A DNA stretch of 64,000 nt from Pseudomonadota bacterium (GCA_963205265.1 CAUJJI010000052.1:1266-65265), one strand, 5' to 3'. Positions 1 through 7,970 are shown, counted from the stretch's first letter. Notes: generated by a model not told the origin, from the letters alone. Program-made: numbers and translations.

Positions 1-389
1 TAGACACACCATTCTGGCAAGTGCATCAGCATGTCCATCGGGACCTCGTCGATGGGCGGCGTATCGATCAGGGCCGGGTATAGCGCGGGGTCGATGCGAT
101 AGATGCCCTGCGTCATGCGCCAGCACGCGAGCGTCGTGCCCGGCATCACGGCATGCGAGATCTCGATCGGGCTCATCCTGCGCAACGAGTCCAGGACCCG
201 ATGTTCGCCCGCCATTTCGAGGGCGAGCACCAACGCCTGTCCCCCGGCGTGATCCGTGAGAAAACAGACCTCAGGCTGGGGAAACTCCAGGCGGATTTTC
301 TCGGCCGCGGACCAGAGATAAGGCAGGCGCCGCCCGGTCTCCTCCAGCAGATCCCGGGCGCGGTGGGTCTTTGGGTTGAATTGTGCCAC
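1..389 (-). CDS. hypothetical protein, N-terminal 129 codons (gene runs off the left window edge)
   Basis: Minus-strand frame is open from 389 to position 1. GTG (389-387) directly follows the TGA (392-390) of the upstream small ORF. Third positions are GC-rich. Translation begins MAQFNPKTHRARDLLEETGRRLPYLWSAAEKIRLEF. No family recognised. Confidence 0.4.
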   Translation of the reverse strand, partial: MAQFNPKTHRARDLLEETGRRLPYLWSAAEKIRLEFPQPEVCFLTDHAGGQALVLALEMAGEHRVLDSLRRMSPIEISHAVMPGTTLACWRMTQGIYRIDPALYPALIDTPPIDEVPMDMLMHLPEWCV

Positions 390-569
390 TCAGTCGGTCC
401 AGTCGCCGATTTCGATGTCGCCTTCGATGCCGTGCTCTTCGGCGTAGACCCCTGCTTTCGCGAGCAGTTCGTCGTCGGGCAGGTCGCGATCCTCGTAGCT
501 CGTGAGCACGATGCCGCCGCCTGTCGAGCCGGCATCGGCCGAGATGTATGCAGCGCGGTAGGTGGTCAT
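390..569 (-). CDS. small hypothetical protein (59 aa)
   Basis: ATG 569-567 to TGA 392-390, just below the track cutoff: MTTYRAAYISADAGSTGGGIVLTSYEDRDLPDDELLAKAGVYAEEHGIEGDIEIGDWTD. It lies 25 nt downstream of the 595-1056 ORF and abuts the next ORF. Confidence 0.4.
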   Translation of the reverse strand: MTTYRAAYISADAGSTGGGIVLTSYEDRDLPDDELLAKAGVYAEEHGIEGDIEIGDWTD

Positions 570-594
570 GATTCGCTTCGGTGGATTCGGTCTG

Positions 595-1056
595 TCAGAC
601 GCCGGCGGCCTTGCTTCGGATTTCGTCCGTGACGACGCATTCGCGCTCGGCGAGTTGGCGGTCCGGGCCGGGGTTCAGCGGAACGCCTTCTCTGTCGAGA
701 TAGTCTGTCTCGCCACCAGACTCGACCGCGCAGAATTCGCGCCCGTTGACTCTGAACCAGTACCGCGTAGCGGCGTTCGGCCAGTCCTGTTCCGCTTCGA
801 CGAATTCGGTGCCGGCAACGAGGTGCCTGCCGTCCCGGTCGCGCATCGAGACGCACCCGATCGTGGAGCCGTCGTGCCAGGCGAGGTTGTCGGCCTGGAC
901 TTCGCCGCGATCGTAGGCGTTGGCAACGATCAGCGCAGCCTCTGCGCTCGTAGCGGCGACCAGGATGCTGTTGATCCCGTCCCATTCGGCGTCGACATCA
1001 GCCGGGGAGACATCGCCTTCGGCGACCAGGTAGAGCGAGAGATGTTCATTTGCCAT
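595..1056 (-). CDS. hypothetical protein (153 aa)
   Basis: ORF track. AAGGAG Shine-Dalgarno (complement of 1063-1068) sits 6 nt before the ATG. No domain recognised. Confidence 0.65.
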   Translation of the reverse strand: MANEHLSLYLVAEGDVSPADVDAEWDGINSILVAATSAEAALIVANAYDRGEVQADNLAWHDGSTIGCVSMRDRDGRHLVAGTEFVEAEQDWPNAATRYWFRVNGREFCAVESGGETDYLDREGVPLNPGPDRQLAERECVVTDEIRSKAAGV

Positions 1057-1295
1057 GATCGACTCCTTTCGAGGACTCCCCGGCTACTCACCGCCGGTTG
1101 GTGTGATCGGCTATCCGATGAATTGAATGTAATGCAAACAAATCATCCCGTCAAGGATTTTCTGCGATGCAGACAATTCAGCGATCATCGGGGAAACCCT
1201 GATCAGCCGTTCGGCCTAGACCGCCTGGCCGATTGCCCGGCCCGGCCCGCCGGCGCACACTGCCGGCATGACCCGCCATGAGATCCGCCTGCTGT

Positions 1296-1586
1296 TCACC
1301 CGCGAGACGGTCCTGGGTCTCTACCTGCTGGCCGTCGCGGCGGCTCTACGGGCCCGTCGTCGACTCCAGGCTCGCGGGACCAGAACACGCACCCTCTAGC
1401 CGGGGTCGTGTGAAGCATCACTCGGCCGCCGTATCCGCAGCGGGCACCACCGCATGGGCTCCAGCTGATCCAGTACTGGCACCAGCCGCACGGGCCCTTG
1501 GAGCCGGCATAGAGCTCTCGGCTCCACGTCGGCGAGTAGATCGGAGCCGGGGCAGGCGGCGGGATGGGCGGCAAGCCGAGGGACAT
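1296..1586 (-). CDS. possible Cys/Trp-rich small protein
   Basis: ORF track, 96 aa. The first ~55 codons have ~90% G/C at third positions (MSLGLPPIPPPAPAPIYSPTWSRELYAGSKGPCGWCQYWISWSPCGGARCGYGG). The coding signal decays afterwards, so the extent is uncertain. Confidence 0.3.
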   Translation of the reverse strand: MSLGLPPIPPPAPAPIYSPTWSRELYAGSKGPCGWCQYWISWSPCGGARCGYGGRVMLHTTPARGCVFWSREPGVDDGPVEPPRRPAGRDPGPSRG

Positions 1587-2023
1587 GATCCGTATTCCCC
1601 GTTCGCGAACCGCGAATACGACGTAATCGGAGCCCCCGGCACGGTCTCGAACCTGCGTCTGCCGGGTACAGACCGGCTGCTCTGCCTGCTGAGCTACGGG
1701 GGCGAGGGGTTGATGGCGGGCGAGTTCTCTATCTTGACCGCCGCAGGATCAGTGCATTACGCCATCAGAAAAGCGGGCCACGACTCGGCCGAGTCTGTTC
1801 ACCGTCGCCAATTGCAGCGGCGCGGCCCGCTTTCCTGATAGTGCCGGTTACTACCCATCTTTGATCCGGCGCGCGTTTCCCGGGGAATCAACCCGGCTGG
1901 CCTTCGCGGGACTAGCGCCCGTACCCGGTCGCGCAGTTCCCCTCGGCGATAGGCTGATCGGGCCATCCTCGGGGCAGCACTGTGGATTATGCCAGTGATC
2001 AGCGCGGCGGTCATTCGGCCGAT

Positions 2024-2239
2024 TTGCCACTAGATCGCCACTGAGATTCTCATCTGAATCGAGAAATCTGGCGTAACTAGTTGATACATAAGACCTGGCG
2101 GAGAGAGGGGGATTCGAACCCCCGAAGGGCTGTTAACCCTTCAAAGCCGATTTACCAACGCTTAGACCCACTTACGTACCGCCTTCTGGCTTATCACCGC
2201 TTACCTGTTTTGACCTTTTTGCCACTGGATTTGCCACTA
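2024..2239. repeat. four same-orientation TYGCCACTR repeats flanking the att core (candidate integrase arm-type sites)
   Basis: TTGCCACTA 2024-2032, TCGCCACTG 2035-2043, TTGCCACTG 2219-2227, TTGCCACTA 2231-2239. The 13-mer GATTTGCCACTAG occurs at both 2021-2033 and 2228-2240. Confidence 0.5.
2096..2142 (-). tRNA. 3' fragment of a class II tRNA (Ser-like): variable arm, T arm, acceptor 3' strand and CCA; probable att core
   Basis: The reverse complement reads GAAGGGTTAACAGCCCTTC-GGGGGTTCGAATCCCCC-TCTCTCC-G-CCA. No matching 5' acceptor strand (GGAGAGA), D arm or anticodon arm is found upstream, so it is a partial copy. It lies 30 nt from the int stop. Confidence 0.6.
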
Positions 2240-3371
2240 GTCGATCGACTGCCCTGATGTTCCGGCCGCGGTCGGCCTTCGGGATGTGCTTCGCGTAGGA
2301 TTTCATCATCACCTGGACGCTATGTCCATGCTGGGCGGCTACCCACGCAGGGTCACAGCCGGCCGCTAGGGCGAGCGAGATGGACGTGTCCCGGCACTCC
2401 TTCGGTGGTCGGTAGCGCAGGCCTGTTGCCTTGTTGGCGCGAGCCCATACCGCCGCGATCTCCCGGCCGTCGTTGAACCGGATGCCGGTCGACGGGTGAA
2501 CCCAGACGTGCCGGCCAGCGAGCTGGGTCCGGGCGCGCTGCCGGTTCAACGCCTCGAATGCCCGGGCATTCAGCTCGACGATCCGCCTGGTGTTGGTCTT
2601 CGTGCGGTCCTTGTCCTGGCGCAGCACCCGGGCGCGTTGGATGGTCACGAGCCGGTCGTCGAGACTCACGTCGGGCCACAGCATCCCGATCTGCTCGCCC
2701 GGCCGCAGTCCGGCGAAACAGGCGAACTCGAAGAAGTCGGCCCAAGCCGGGTTGAACTTCTCCAGCCACTTCAGCAGCTTCTCGACCTCGGGGAGCGGGT
2801 AGGGGTCTGGCTCGGCGGCCTGGAATCGCAGGTTCCTGATGCCCTCGACGGGATTGGGGTGTTCGCGGTGGGCCTTGCAGACCATCTCGAACACCCCGCG
2901 CAGCGGGATCAGGATGTTGTTCTGCGTCTTCTCGCCGATCGGCCGGTCGCCGCCGGCCAGGTCGGCGAGGCGTGACAGTATGTCTTCCTGAGTGATCGAC
3001 AGCGCCGGCCTGTCCTTCCAGGCGCTGCTCCAGTAGCACTCCAGGTGGTCCTTGTAGACCTCGAACGTCGAGTGCGCCCGGCCGCGGCTCGCGATCCTCT
3101 CCCAGGCTTTCGCCCACTGGCCGAAGGTCCGGCGGCCATCCGGGGTGTGCTTCTCGGCGAATCGGTAGTCAGGGAAGTGCCGTTCGAGGTTGAACGTCCC
3201 CAGCCGGATCTCGGCGAGGATGTCGGCGCGCAGCCGCCGGGCCGCCCGCAGGTTGGGCTCGGTGGGCCGCAGGGCGAGGGTAGGGCGCAGCCGCCGGCCC
3301 TGCCAGGTGAACGTCACCTGGATCCTGTCCCCGTGGGGTTCAACGCCACCCGTGGACGACCTTCGACCCAT
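2172..3371 (-). CDS. int: tyrosine integrase (399 aa)
   Basis: Start taken at the internal ATG 3371 (MGRRSSTGGVEPHGDRIQVTFTWQGRRLRPTL, an arm-binding-type N-terminus). Catalytic-type motifs are AGLRPGE, CRDTSIS and HGHSVQVMMKSYAKH. Adjacent to the tRNA fragment. The upstream extension of the track ORF looks non-coding. Confidence 0.9.
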   Translation of the reverse strand: MGRRSSTGGVEPHGDRIQVTFTWQGRRLRPTLALRPTEPNLRAARRLRADILAEIRLGTFNLERHFPDYRFAEKHTPDGRRTFGQWAKAWERIASRGRAHSTFEVYKDHLECYWSSAWKDRPALSITQEDILSRLADLAGGDRPIGEKTQNNILIPLRGVFEMVCKAHREHPNPVEGIRNLRFQAAEPDPYPLPEVEKLLKWLEKFNPAWADFFEFACFAGLRPGEQIGMLWPDVSLDDRLVTIQRARVLRQDKDRTKTNTRRIVELNARAFEALNRQRARTQLAGRHVWVHPSTGIRFNDGREIAAVWARANKATGLRYRPPKECRDTSISLALAAGCDPAWVAAQHGHSVQVMMKSYAKHIPKADRGRNIRAVDRLVANPVAKRSKQVSGDKPEGGT

Positions 3372-3565
3372 CTGTAGTACCCCTCCATGCTCATCTGGAT
3401 TTGACCGAGCGGGTCGCGCACGAACTCGAACCCCTCCAGCCAGACACCGCGGTGGATCCGCTGGTGGACCGCATTCGGCTTGATGCCGGTCAGATTGTGA
3501 AACACTGACAGCCGGACGTATCGGGCGGTCATGCGCTGATCGGTTGCGGGCTCGCTCACCGCCAT
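3314..3565 (-). CDS. xis: excisionase-like DNA-binding protein (83 aa)
   Basis: YVRLSVFHNLTGIKPNAVHQRIHRGVWLEGFEFVRDPLGQIQMSMEGYYRWVEG resembles excisionase-like (DUF1233-type) proteins. It overlaps the int start by 58 nt, as in lambda xis/int. Confidence 0.7.
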   Translation of the reverse strand: MAVSEPATDQRMTARYVRLSVFHNLTGIKPNAVHQRIHRGVWLEGFEFVRDPLGQIQMSMEGYYRWVEGRPRVALNPTGTGSR

Positions 3566-3840
3566 TCCTCCGGGACGATCGGAAACTCATCCAGCGGCCT
3601 GTTCAGCGTCACGGTGACCGGCCCGTGCCGCATGTCGCCGGTCATCTGGCCGTCCAGTTGCCGGCGCTCGCTGTCGTTCAGGTTGCGCCACTTCGCGAGC
3701 ACGACGCCGTTGGTGGCCAGGCCGCGCGGCTGATGCTGCTGACACGGTCCTGCGCTGATGCCGCGCTCCCGGCACCATGCCTCGGCCGCCCGCTTGGCCG
3801 CGAACTCGGGCGTGTCGTCGAATGTGATGGAGTATGGCAT
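3556..3840 (-). CDS. hypothetical phage protein (94 aa)
   Basis: ORF track; start and stop overlap the neighbouring genes. Confidence 0.6.
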   Translation of the reverse strand: MPYSITFDDTPEFAAKRAAEAWCRERGISAGPCQQHQPRGLATNGVVLAKWRNLNDSERRQLDGQMTGDMRHGPVTVTLNRPLDEFPIVPEEWR

Positions 3841-4319
3841 CAGAAATTTCCCTCCGAAACCTGAAAGCAGGCCACGCCAGCATTCCGGTACGCCTTGACC
3901 AGCCGATCGCGGTCATCGAAGCAGGCAATCAGCCGCGCCCGGTCGCGCGGATCCATGGCGGCCAGCCAGCCCATTTTGAGCGTCACGTCGGGCTGGTGGT
4001 CTCCGGCGGGGCGCATGCGCAGCGGATCTTTCCACCACGGGGCGCTGTCGACATTGAAGCAAAGGCCAGTCCACGCGACGTGCTTGGCAAGCCAACCCCG
4101 AGTCTGGATCTCGACCTTGTCGCTACGGCCGGACCAGATCCAGATCTCGCTTTCCATGCTCAACTGTCGAAGCGTATCGATCACCGGCCTATTCGGTACG
4201 TCGTCCACGCACGCCGCGTAGAACGACGACCAGTCGTGGTTCGGCTTCTCGACGAAATGCCGGCGGTGGTCGATCAGGGCCAATGTGCCGTCAAGGTCAA
4301 AGATGAACAGGGGCCTCAT
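3840..4319 (-). CDS. HAD-superfamily phosphatase (polynucleotide 3'-phosphatase / nucleotidase-like)
   Basis: N-terminal DxDGT motif (FIFDLDGTLA) and a distal FDDRD acidic motif. 159 aa. Confidence 0.75.
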   Translation of the reverse strand: MRPLFIFDLDGTLALIDHRRHFVEKPNHDWSSFYAACVDDVPNRPVIDTLRQLSMESEIWIWSGRSDKVEIQTRGWLAKHVAWTGLCFNVDSAPWWKDPLRMRPAGDHQPDVTLKMGWLAAMDPRDRARLIACFDDRDRLVKAYRNAGVACFQVSEGNF

Positions 4320-4735
4320 GCCGTGCTTCCTCCTGCGATCTTCGCCAGCGGCTCGCTACCGGCCCGCATCGGCTCGTTGTACTGGACGCCGTACATCTGC
4401 GACGGATCGAGGTTCTTGGCGGCTGCGTAGTCCATCGCCAGCCGGTGCCGGATCACTTGGTGCAGGTCCCAGCACACTTTCGCGCCGTCGCTGACCTCGG
4501 CCGAGAAAATCCCCAGGCTCGACCCCCAGCCGTCGACGCCGTGCTTCATGTGCCGCGCCAGCATCCGGCCGATGACGAGCATGTCGTCGTGCCAGTCGGG
4601 GACGGCTTCCGTGGTTGGCAGCACCCGCAGCGCGTCGTGAAACTGGCCGATGCCGAGCCGGGCGTAGATCTCGGCCGCCTCGGATAGGGCGGCTGCCTGG
4701 CGCTCGGTCAGGGTCAGGGTGTAGATGATGCCCAT
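4316..4735 (-). CDS. hypothetical phage protein (139 aa)
   Basis: ORF track; ATGA-type overlaps on both sides. Confidence 0.6.
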   Translation of the reverse strand: MGIIYTLTLTERQAAALSEAAEIYARLGIGQFHDALRVLPTTEAVPDWHDDMLVIGRMLARHMKHGVDGWGSSLGIFSAEVSDGAKVCWDLHQVIRHRLAMDYAAAKNLDPSQMYGVQYNEPMRAGSEPLAKIAGGSTA

Positions 4736-5271
4736 CAGCGCCTCCTTGTCCTCATCGCATCGTCAACGTCGGCACGGATCTCGTCCGCGTGGCCCGGCGA
4801 TCCGTTCCAGTGAAACCAGGCGGTCGACAGCGTAGCCAGGCCCAGCAGATACTGCATCCGCATCGCGTCTTCCCGAACTTCTTCAAGCCCGGTCACCAGC
4901 TCGGTGTTGACGGTGACGTACCCCTCGATGTCGCTCTTCAGCGCCTCGACCTCCGTCCTCGCCTCCCACAGCGCCCGCACGGTAGCCTGCACGCTGTCAG
5001 CCGAATGCTCGTATTCCTCCGGCTCCTCCGCGATTCCCCGACGCCAGCGCTCCGCGATCTGGTCGGCGTGACGGCTGGCCGAGCAGGTGTTACTGGGGAA
5101 ATTGCGGACGGAATCGGTGTCGGTCAGCACGGCGAGCCGGGATCGAAGCGCCGCGATCTCGGCGCCCCTCGCATCCCAGGCGGCTTTGAAGTAGCGCGCC
5201 CCGATCTCGTTGTGATCGGGTGGCTGGTCCTTGCATACGGCCATGTAGGCGGCCACGAACTGATCATTCAT
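4735..5271 (-). CDS. hypothetical phage protein (178 aa)
   Basis: ORF track; tightly packed in the leftward operon. Confidence 0.6.
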   Translation of the reverse strand: MNDQFVAAYMAVCKDQPPDHNEIGARYFKAAWDARGAEIAALRSRLAVLTDTDSVRNFPSNTCSASRHADQIAERWRRGIAEEPEEYEHSADSVQATVRALWEARTEVEALKSDIEGYVTVNTELVTGLEEVREDAMRMQYLLGLATLSTAWFHWNGSPGHADEIRADVDDAMRTRRR

Positions 5272-5515
5272 CGCTACTTCCCCTGATGCCTGCGGCGACT
5301 AGCCGATAGCACGCCTGTGCCGATCGGTTGTTGGAACTCGCTTCGCGGCGGGCGCAGATCCGCACGGCGCGTTCTCGCTCCGCCTCCGCGCACGCTCGAC
5401 CATAGGCGAGTAGCTGGTCGCGGGTGAATACGTCCGTCTGCTGATCTCGGTCGACGAATCGGCCGAGGGTTGTGTAGGGCCTCGGCAGCCTCGGCAGTTC
5501 GCTGTCGTCAATCAT
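5264..5515 (-). CDS. hypothetical phage protein (83 aa)
   Basis: Start taken at ATG 5515 (MIDDSELPRL), which forms an ATGA overlap with the upstream stop at 5512-5514. Confidence 0.55.
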   Translation of the reverse strand: MIDDSELPRLPRPYTTLGRFVDRDQQTDVFTRDQLLAYGRACAEAERERAVRICARREASSNNRSAQACYRLVAAGIRGSSDE

Positions 5516-5754
5516 GCGGTTATCTCCGGTCGTTCTTGTCCTGGCACCCATTCGAGCCAACCCCCTTCATCTTCGGCCGCCTCGCACATCGCCCCATAGC
5601 ACTCGGGGTGCAGCTTGCACGTGCCAGCATCGCCGTAGTGGAAATAGCGGTACCGCTTGTACTCGGTGCCGACCGGGATACGCTGCCAGCACCAGTCGCA
5701 GCGGTGCGCCAGTCGGGCAGAACGGATAGATTGCACCGCGGTCATCTCGCCCAT
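5512..5754 (-). CDS. small Cys/His-rich (probably zinc-binding) protein (80 aa)
   Basis: MGEMTAVQSIRSARLAHRCDWCWQRIPVGTEYKRYRYFHYGDAGTCKLHPECYGAMCE. This is only the C-terminal third of the 241-aa track ORF; the rest looks non-coding. Confidence 0.6.
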   Translation of the reverse strand: MGEMTAVQSIRSARLAHRCDWCWQRIPVGTEYKRYRYFHYGDAGTCKLHPECYGAMCEAAEDEGGWLEWVPGQERPEITA

Positions 5755-5756
5755 AG

Positions 5757-6179
5757 TCAGCAAACCCCCTCGTCCGCATCGATCGCCTCGTTCACCCGGG
5801 CCACGGCCCGGATGATCTGGTCGGTCCGCAGCGTCCCGAGCACGTCGTCGGCGTGGCGCACGGCGGCGCGCAGGGCCTCCAGCTCGGCGGACGTGGCGCG
5901 GAACGGCTGGCCGGCGTCGTGGCGGCTGATCATGACCCGCAGCGCGGCAAGGCCGGCCTCGATCTGGCCTGCAGGTCGGCCAGCATCCTGCAGGGCGACC
6001 AGCATGTAATCGACCAGCGCAGCCAAGCAGTTGCGGGCGGACCAGAGCGCATCGGCGTCCCCGCTGAATTGCAGCGTCTGCAGCGCGCTGTACGACGGCA
6101 GGATCAGCTGATCGCGCAGTGGAGCGCCGATGGGCCTGCCGATCGGCCTGGGGCGGTAGCGCTTGCGGGGGCGGGTCAT
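5757..6179 (-). CDS. hypothetical phage protein (140 aa)
   Basis: Start taken at ATG 6179 (MTRPRKRYRPRPIG), which overlaps the upstream stop. This is the C-terminal part of the 314-aa track ORF. Confidence 0.55.
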   Translation of the reverse strand: MTRPRKRYRPRPIGRPIGAPLRDQLILPSYSALQTLQFSGDADALWSARNCLAALVDYMLVALQDAGRPAGQIEAGLAALRVMISRHDAGQPFRATSAELEALRAAVRHADDVLGTLRTDQIIRAVARVNEAIDADEGVC

Positions 6180-6427
6180 GCAACTTCCGCGAACAGCGGC
6201 GCGTCGCCAGCGATGCGGCGCCGGGCCATGTCGGCATAGGCCGGGGACAGCTCGATCAGGATCGCGTCGCGCTGGAGCCGATCGGCGACCAGCCCCGTGG
6301 TGCCGGCGCCGCCGAATGGATCGAGCACGGTACCGCCTGGAGGGCATCCGGCAAGAATGCACGGTTCGATGAGCGCAGGCGGGGACGTGGCGAAGTGGGC
6401 GACGGTTTGATGCGGTACAGCGTTCAT
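6176..6427 (-). pseudogene. 5'-truncated beta-class N6/N4 DNA methyltransferase (AdoMet-binding C-terminal half only, 83 aa)
   Basis: HFATSPPALIEPCILAGCPPGGTVLDPFGGAGTTGLVADRLQRDAILIELSPAYADMARRRI matches the HPxxFP...LDPFxGSGTT...IGIEL end of beta-class MTases. No DPPY/SPPY half lies upstream. It has its own GGAGGA SD plus ATG, so it may still be translated. Confidence 0.65.
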
Positions 6428-6719
6428 CAGGTCCTCCGCGAGAAACCCCGTCCTTCAGGGCGGGGAGGTAGAGCGTGCCGCGTACTGTTCTTTCGCACAG
6501 TGCTATGATTGGCCTGTTGCGCCGATTCCCTGCGATTACGCACCGGCGAGACACGTAGCACCCCGAATTGAATCGTTGGCCGTGAGTGCTCTCGCGGTTC
6601 CGGTCGGCAGGCGGCAACGCTGGAGGCCGATGTGAAGTAAGGCGATGACGAGTAGTCGCCGGCTCCGGGCATGGAGCCCCGAACTTGGGAATCCTCGTCA
6701 TTCATGGCGTGGGTGGATG
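6428..6719 (-). other. ~290 nt non-coding, lower-GC, hairpin-rich segment (possible ncRNA or decayed IS200/IS605-type remnant)
   Basis: No plausible ORF in any frame. Local hairpins: CCCCGTCCTTCAGGGCGGGG (6446-6465), GGCTCC-GGGCAT-GGAGCC (6661-6678), and GGCGATGACGAGTAGTCGCC. On the minus strand there are two 8-bp long-range complements (ATGACGAG/CTCGTCAT and CCGCGAGA/TCTCGCGG). Confidence 0.4.
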
Positions 6720-7214
6720 TCAATGCCTCTCCGGCTTGAAGAAAACCAACCAATGCGTCATTCCATGTCGCCCCGAAACCTGTCCGAATAGCGGCGCCGC
6801 CGGTGCCAGCGGCAATACCTCGGCCAGCTTCACCTGGGTCTCGTTCCATTTGAAGACGAGCGTCCCGCCGGGCGACAGGACGCGCCAGCACTCGGCGAAG
6901 CCCTGTCGTAGATCGGTGCGCCAGTCGCTGCCCAGCTTTCCGTAACGGGCTGCCAGCCACGATCGAGGGCCGGCCCGGACGATGTGTGGCGGATCGAAGG
7001 CCACGAGCCGAAACGAGACGTCAGGGTACGGCAGCGCCCGGAAATCCATCAGCACATCAGGCTCGATGCGCAGGACGCGCTGGCCGTCGTCGCGATGGCT
7101 GCGATCGGTGACAGTGACAGTCTCGGACCGGATGTCACCGAACACCGCGTGCTCGCTGGCCCTGTCGAACCACATCGCGCGGGTGCCGCAGCAAGGGTCG
7201 AGAATGGCTTTCAC
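6720..7214 (-). CDS. small SAM-dependent DNA methyltransferase (164 aa; motif I ILDPCCG, motif IV DPPH)
   Basis: GTG start at 7214 preceded by GGGGAGGGGG. VKAILDPCCGTRAMWFDR...FRLVAFDPPHIV...CWRVLSPGGTLVFKWNE is typical of short phage MTases. Confidence 0.8.
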   Translation of the reverse strand: MKAILDPCCGTRAMWFDRASEHAVFGDIRSETVTVTDRSHRDDGQRVLRIEPDVLMDFRALPYPDVSFRLVAFDPPHIVRAGPRSWLAARYGKLGSDWRTDLRQGFAECWRVLSPGGTLVFKWNETQVKLAEVLPLAPAAPLFGQVSGRHGMTHWLVFFKPERH

Positions 7215-7375
7215 GACCCCCTCCCCGGCGGCACCACCGTCCACCCGTGCCGCCTCAGCAGCCGCGCCGCCGCCTTGACCGCCGCCTGCTGCTGGTTGCC
7301 GCTGGTCCGGGGCTTCGGCGCCGGCCGGGCGGTGAGCTGCGCGGCCATCGCGGCGAAGGGGGAGCGGACGTCCAT
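7211..7375 (-). CDS. small hypothetical protein (54 aa)
   Basis: MDVRSPFAAMAAQLTARPAPKPRTSGNQQQAAVKAAARLLRRHGWTVVPPGRGS. TGATG overlap upstream and GTGA overlap downstream suggest translational coupling. Confidence 0.45.
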   Translation of the reverse strand: MDVRSPFAAMAAQLTARPAPKPRTSGNQQQAAVKAAARLLRRHGWTVVPPGRGS

Positions 7376-7656
7376 CACCGCCCCTCCGCATCATCAGGAT
7401 CCTGGTAGCCGGGCAGCTGGATTCCCCGCGCTGCCGCGACCTCGTGGATCGCGAACAGGCCGTCCTGGATGCTGCGGATCATGGCCGCGCAGTTGGCCTC
7501 GGTGGCCCCGACGCTCTGGAGATGGAGGAGCGCGTGCTCCGCGCTCCGCTGGACGAGCTGCTGCGCCGTCAACTCGGCCGCATTCATGGCCTGCAGGCTG
7601 CGCTTCCACTGCTCGATCTTCTTCGGCGAGGTGCCGGCATTCTCGATGACGGCCAT
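7375..7656 (-). CDS. hypothetical phage protein (93 aa)
   Basis: Start taken at ATG 7656 (MAVIENAGTSPKKIEQWKRS), which overlaps the upstream stop. Confidence 0.55.
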   Translation of the reverse strand: MAVIENAGTSPKKIEQWKRSLQAMNAAELTAQQLVQRSAEHALLHLQSVGATEANCAAMIRSIQDGLFAIHEVAAARGIQLPGYQDPDDAEGR

Positions 7657-7970
7657 CACCTCTCCGTCCGGTTGATCGCCGAGACGGCCTCGTCCCAGAT
7701 CCAATGGCATTCGTCGTCAAGGGCGCCGTGCGGCAGCGAAAGCGCGGCATTCGCCCCCTCGGCGAGGCTCGTCGCTGTCTCGTACTCGGCCGCATGCAGC
7801 CGCATCCATGCGCGGACCTTTCGGCGAGCGGCTGGCAACTCCAGGGCCGGGATTGGCGGCCGCGGATGACGGTCCATCAATGCAGCCTCGGTCATGATCC
7901 GGCGATCATGGACCTCATCGTTTGCTCGCTTGAGGTGCTGCCTCCAGCGATTCTCTTGCCGGACGCTCAC
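7656..7970 (-). CDS. hypothetical phage protein (104 aa)
   Basis: ORF track; overlapping start and stop. Confidence 0.55.
   Translation of the reverse strand: MSVRQENRWRQHLKRANDEVHDRRIMTEAALMDRHPRPPIPALELPAARRKVRAWMRLHAAEYETATSLAEGANAALSLPHGALDDECHWIWDEAVSAINRTER

Noticed and set aside
1712-1722. 11-nt match (TCTATCTTGAC) to the IS3 right inverted repeat in the left flank
   Set aside because: The identity does not extend beyond 11 nt and no second repeat or transposase remnant is nearby. It could be chance, at roughly 0.03 expected per window, and cannot be called a solo IR.
2096-2190. A complete tRNA-Ser gene next to int
   Set aside because: No 5' acceptor strand (GGAGAGA), D arm or 7-nt anticodon loop can be found upstream of the variable arm. 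Only the 3' ~47 nt are tRNA-like.
6420-6440. CTGATGA at the start of the truncated MTase ORF as a hammerhead ribozyme core
   Set aside because: No flanking stem II / GAAA / stem III arrangement could be drawn. The heptamer is explained by the spacer plus ATG start codon.
5512-6701. Long N-terminal extensions of track ORFs 5512-6237 and 5757-6701
   Set aside because: The extensions are Arg/Pro-rich nonsense that overlap other genes and the non-coding segment. Internal ATGs that overlap the upstream stops give compact, protein-like products.
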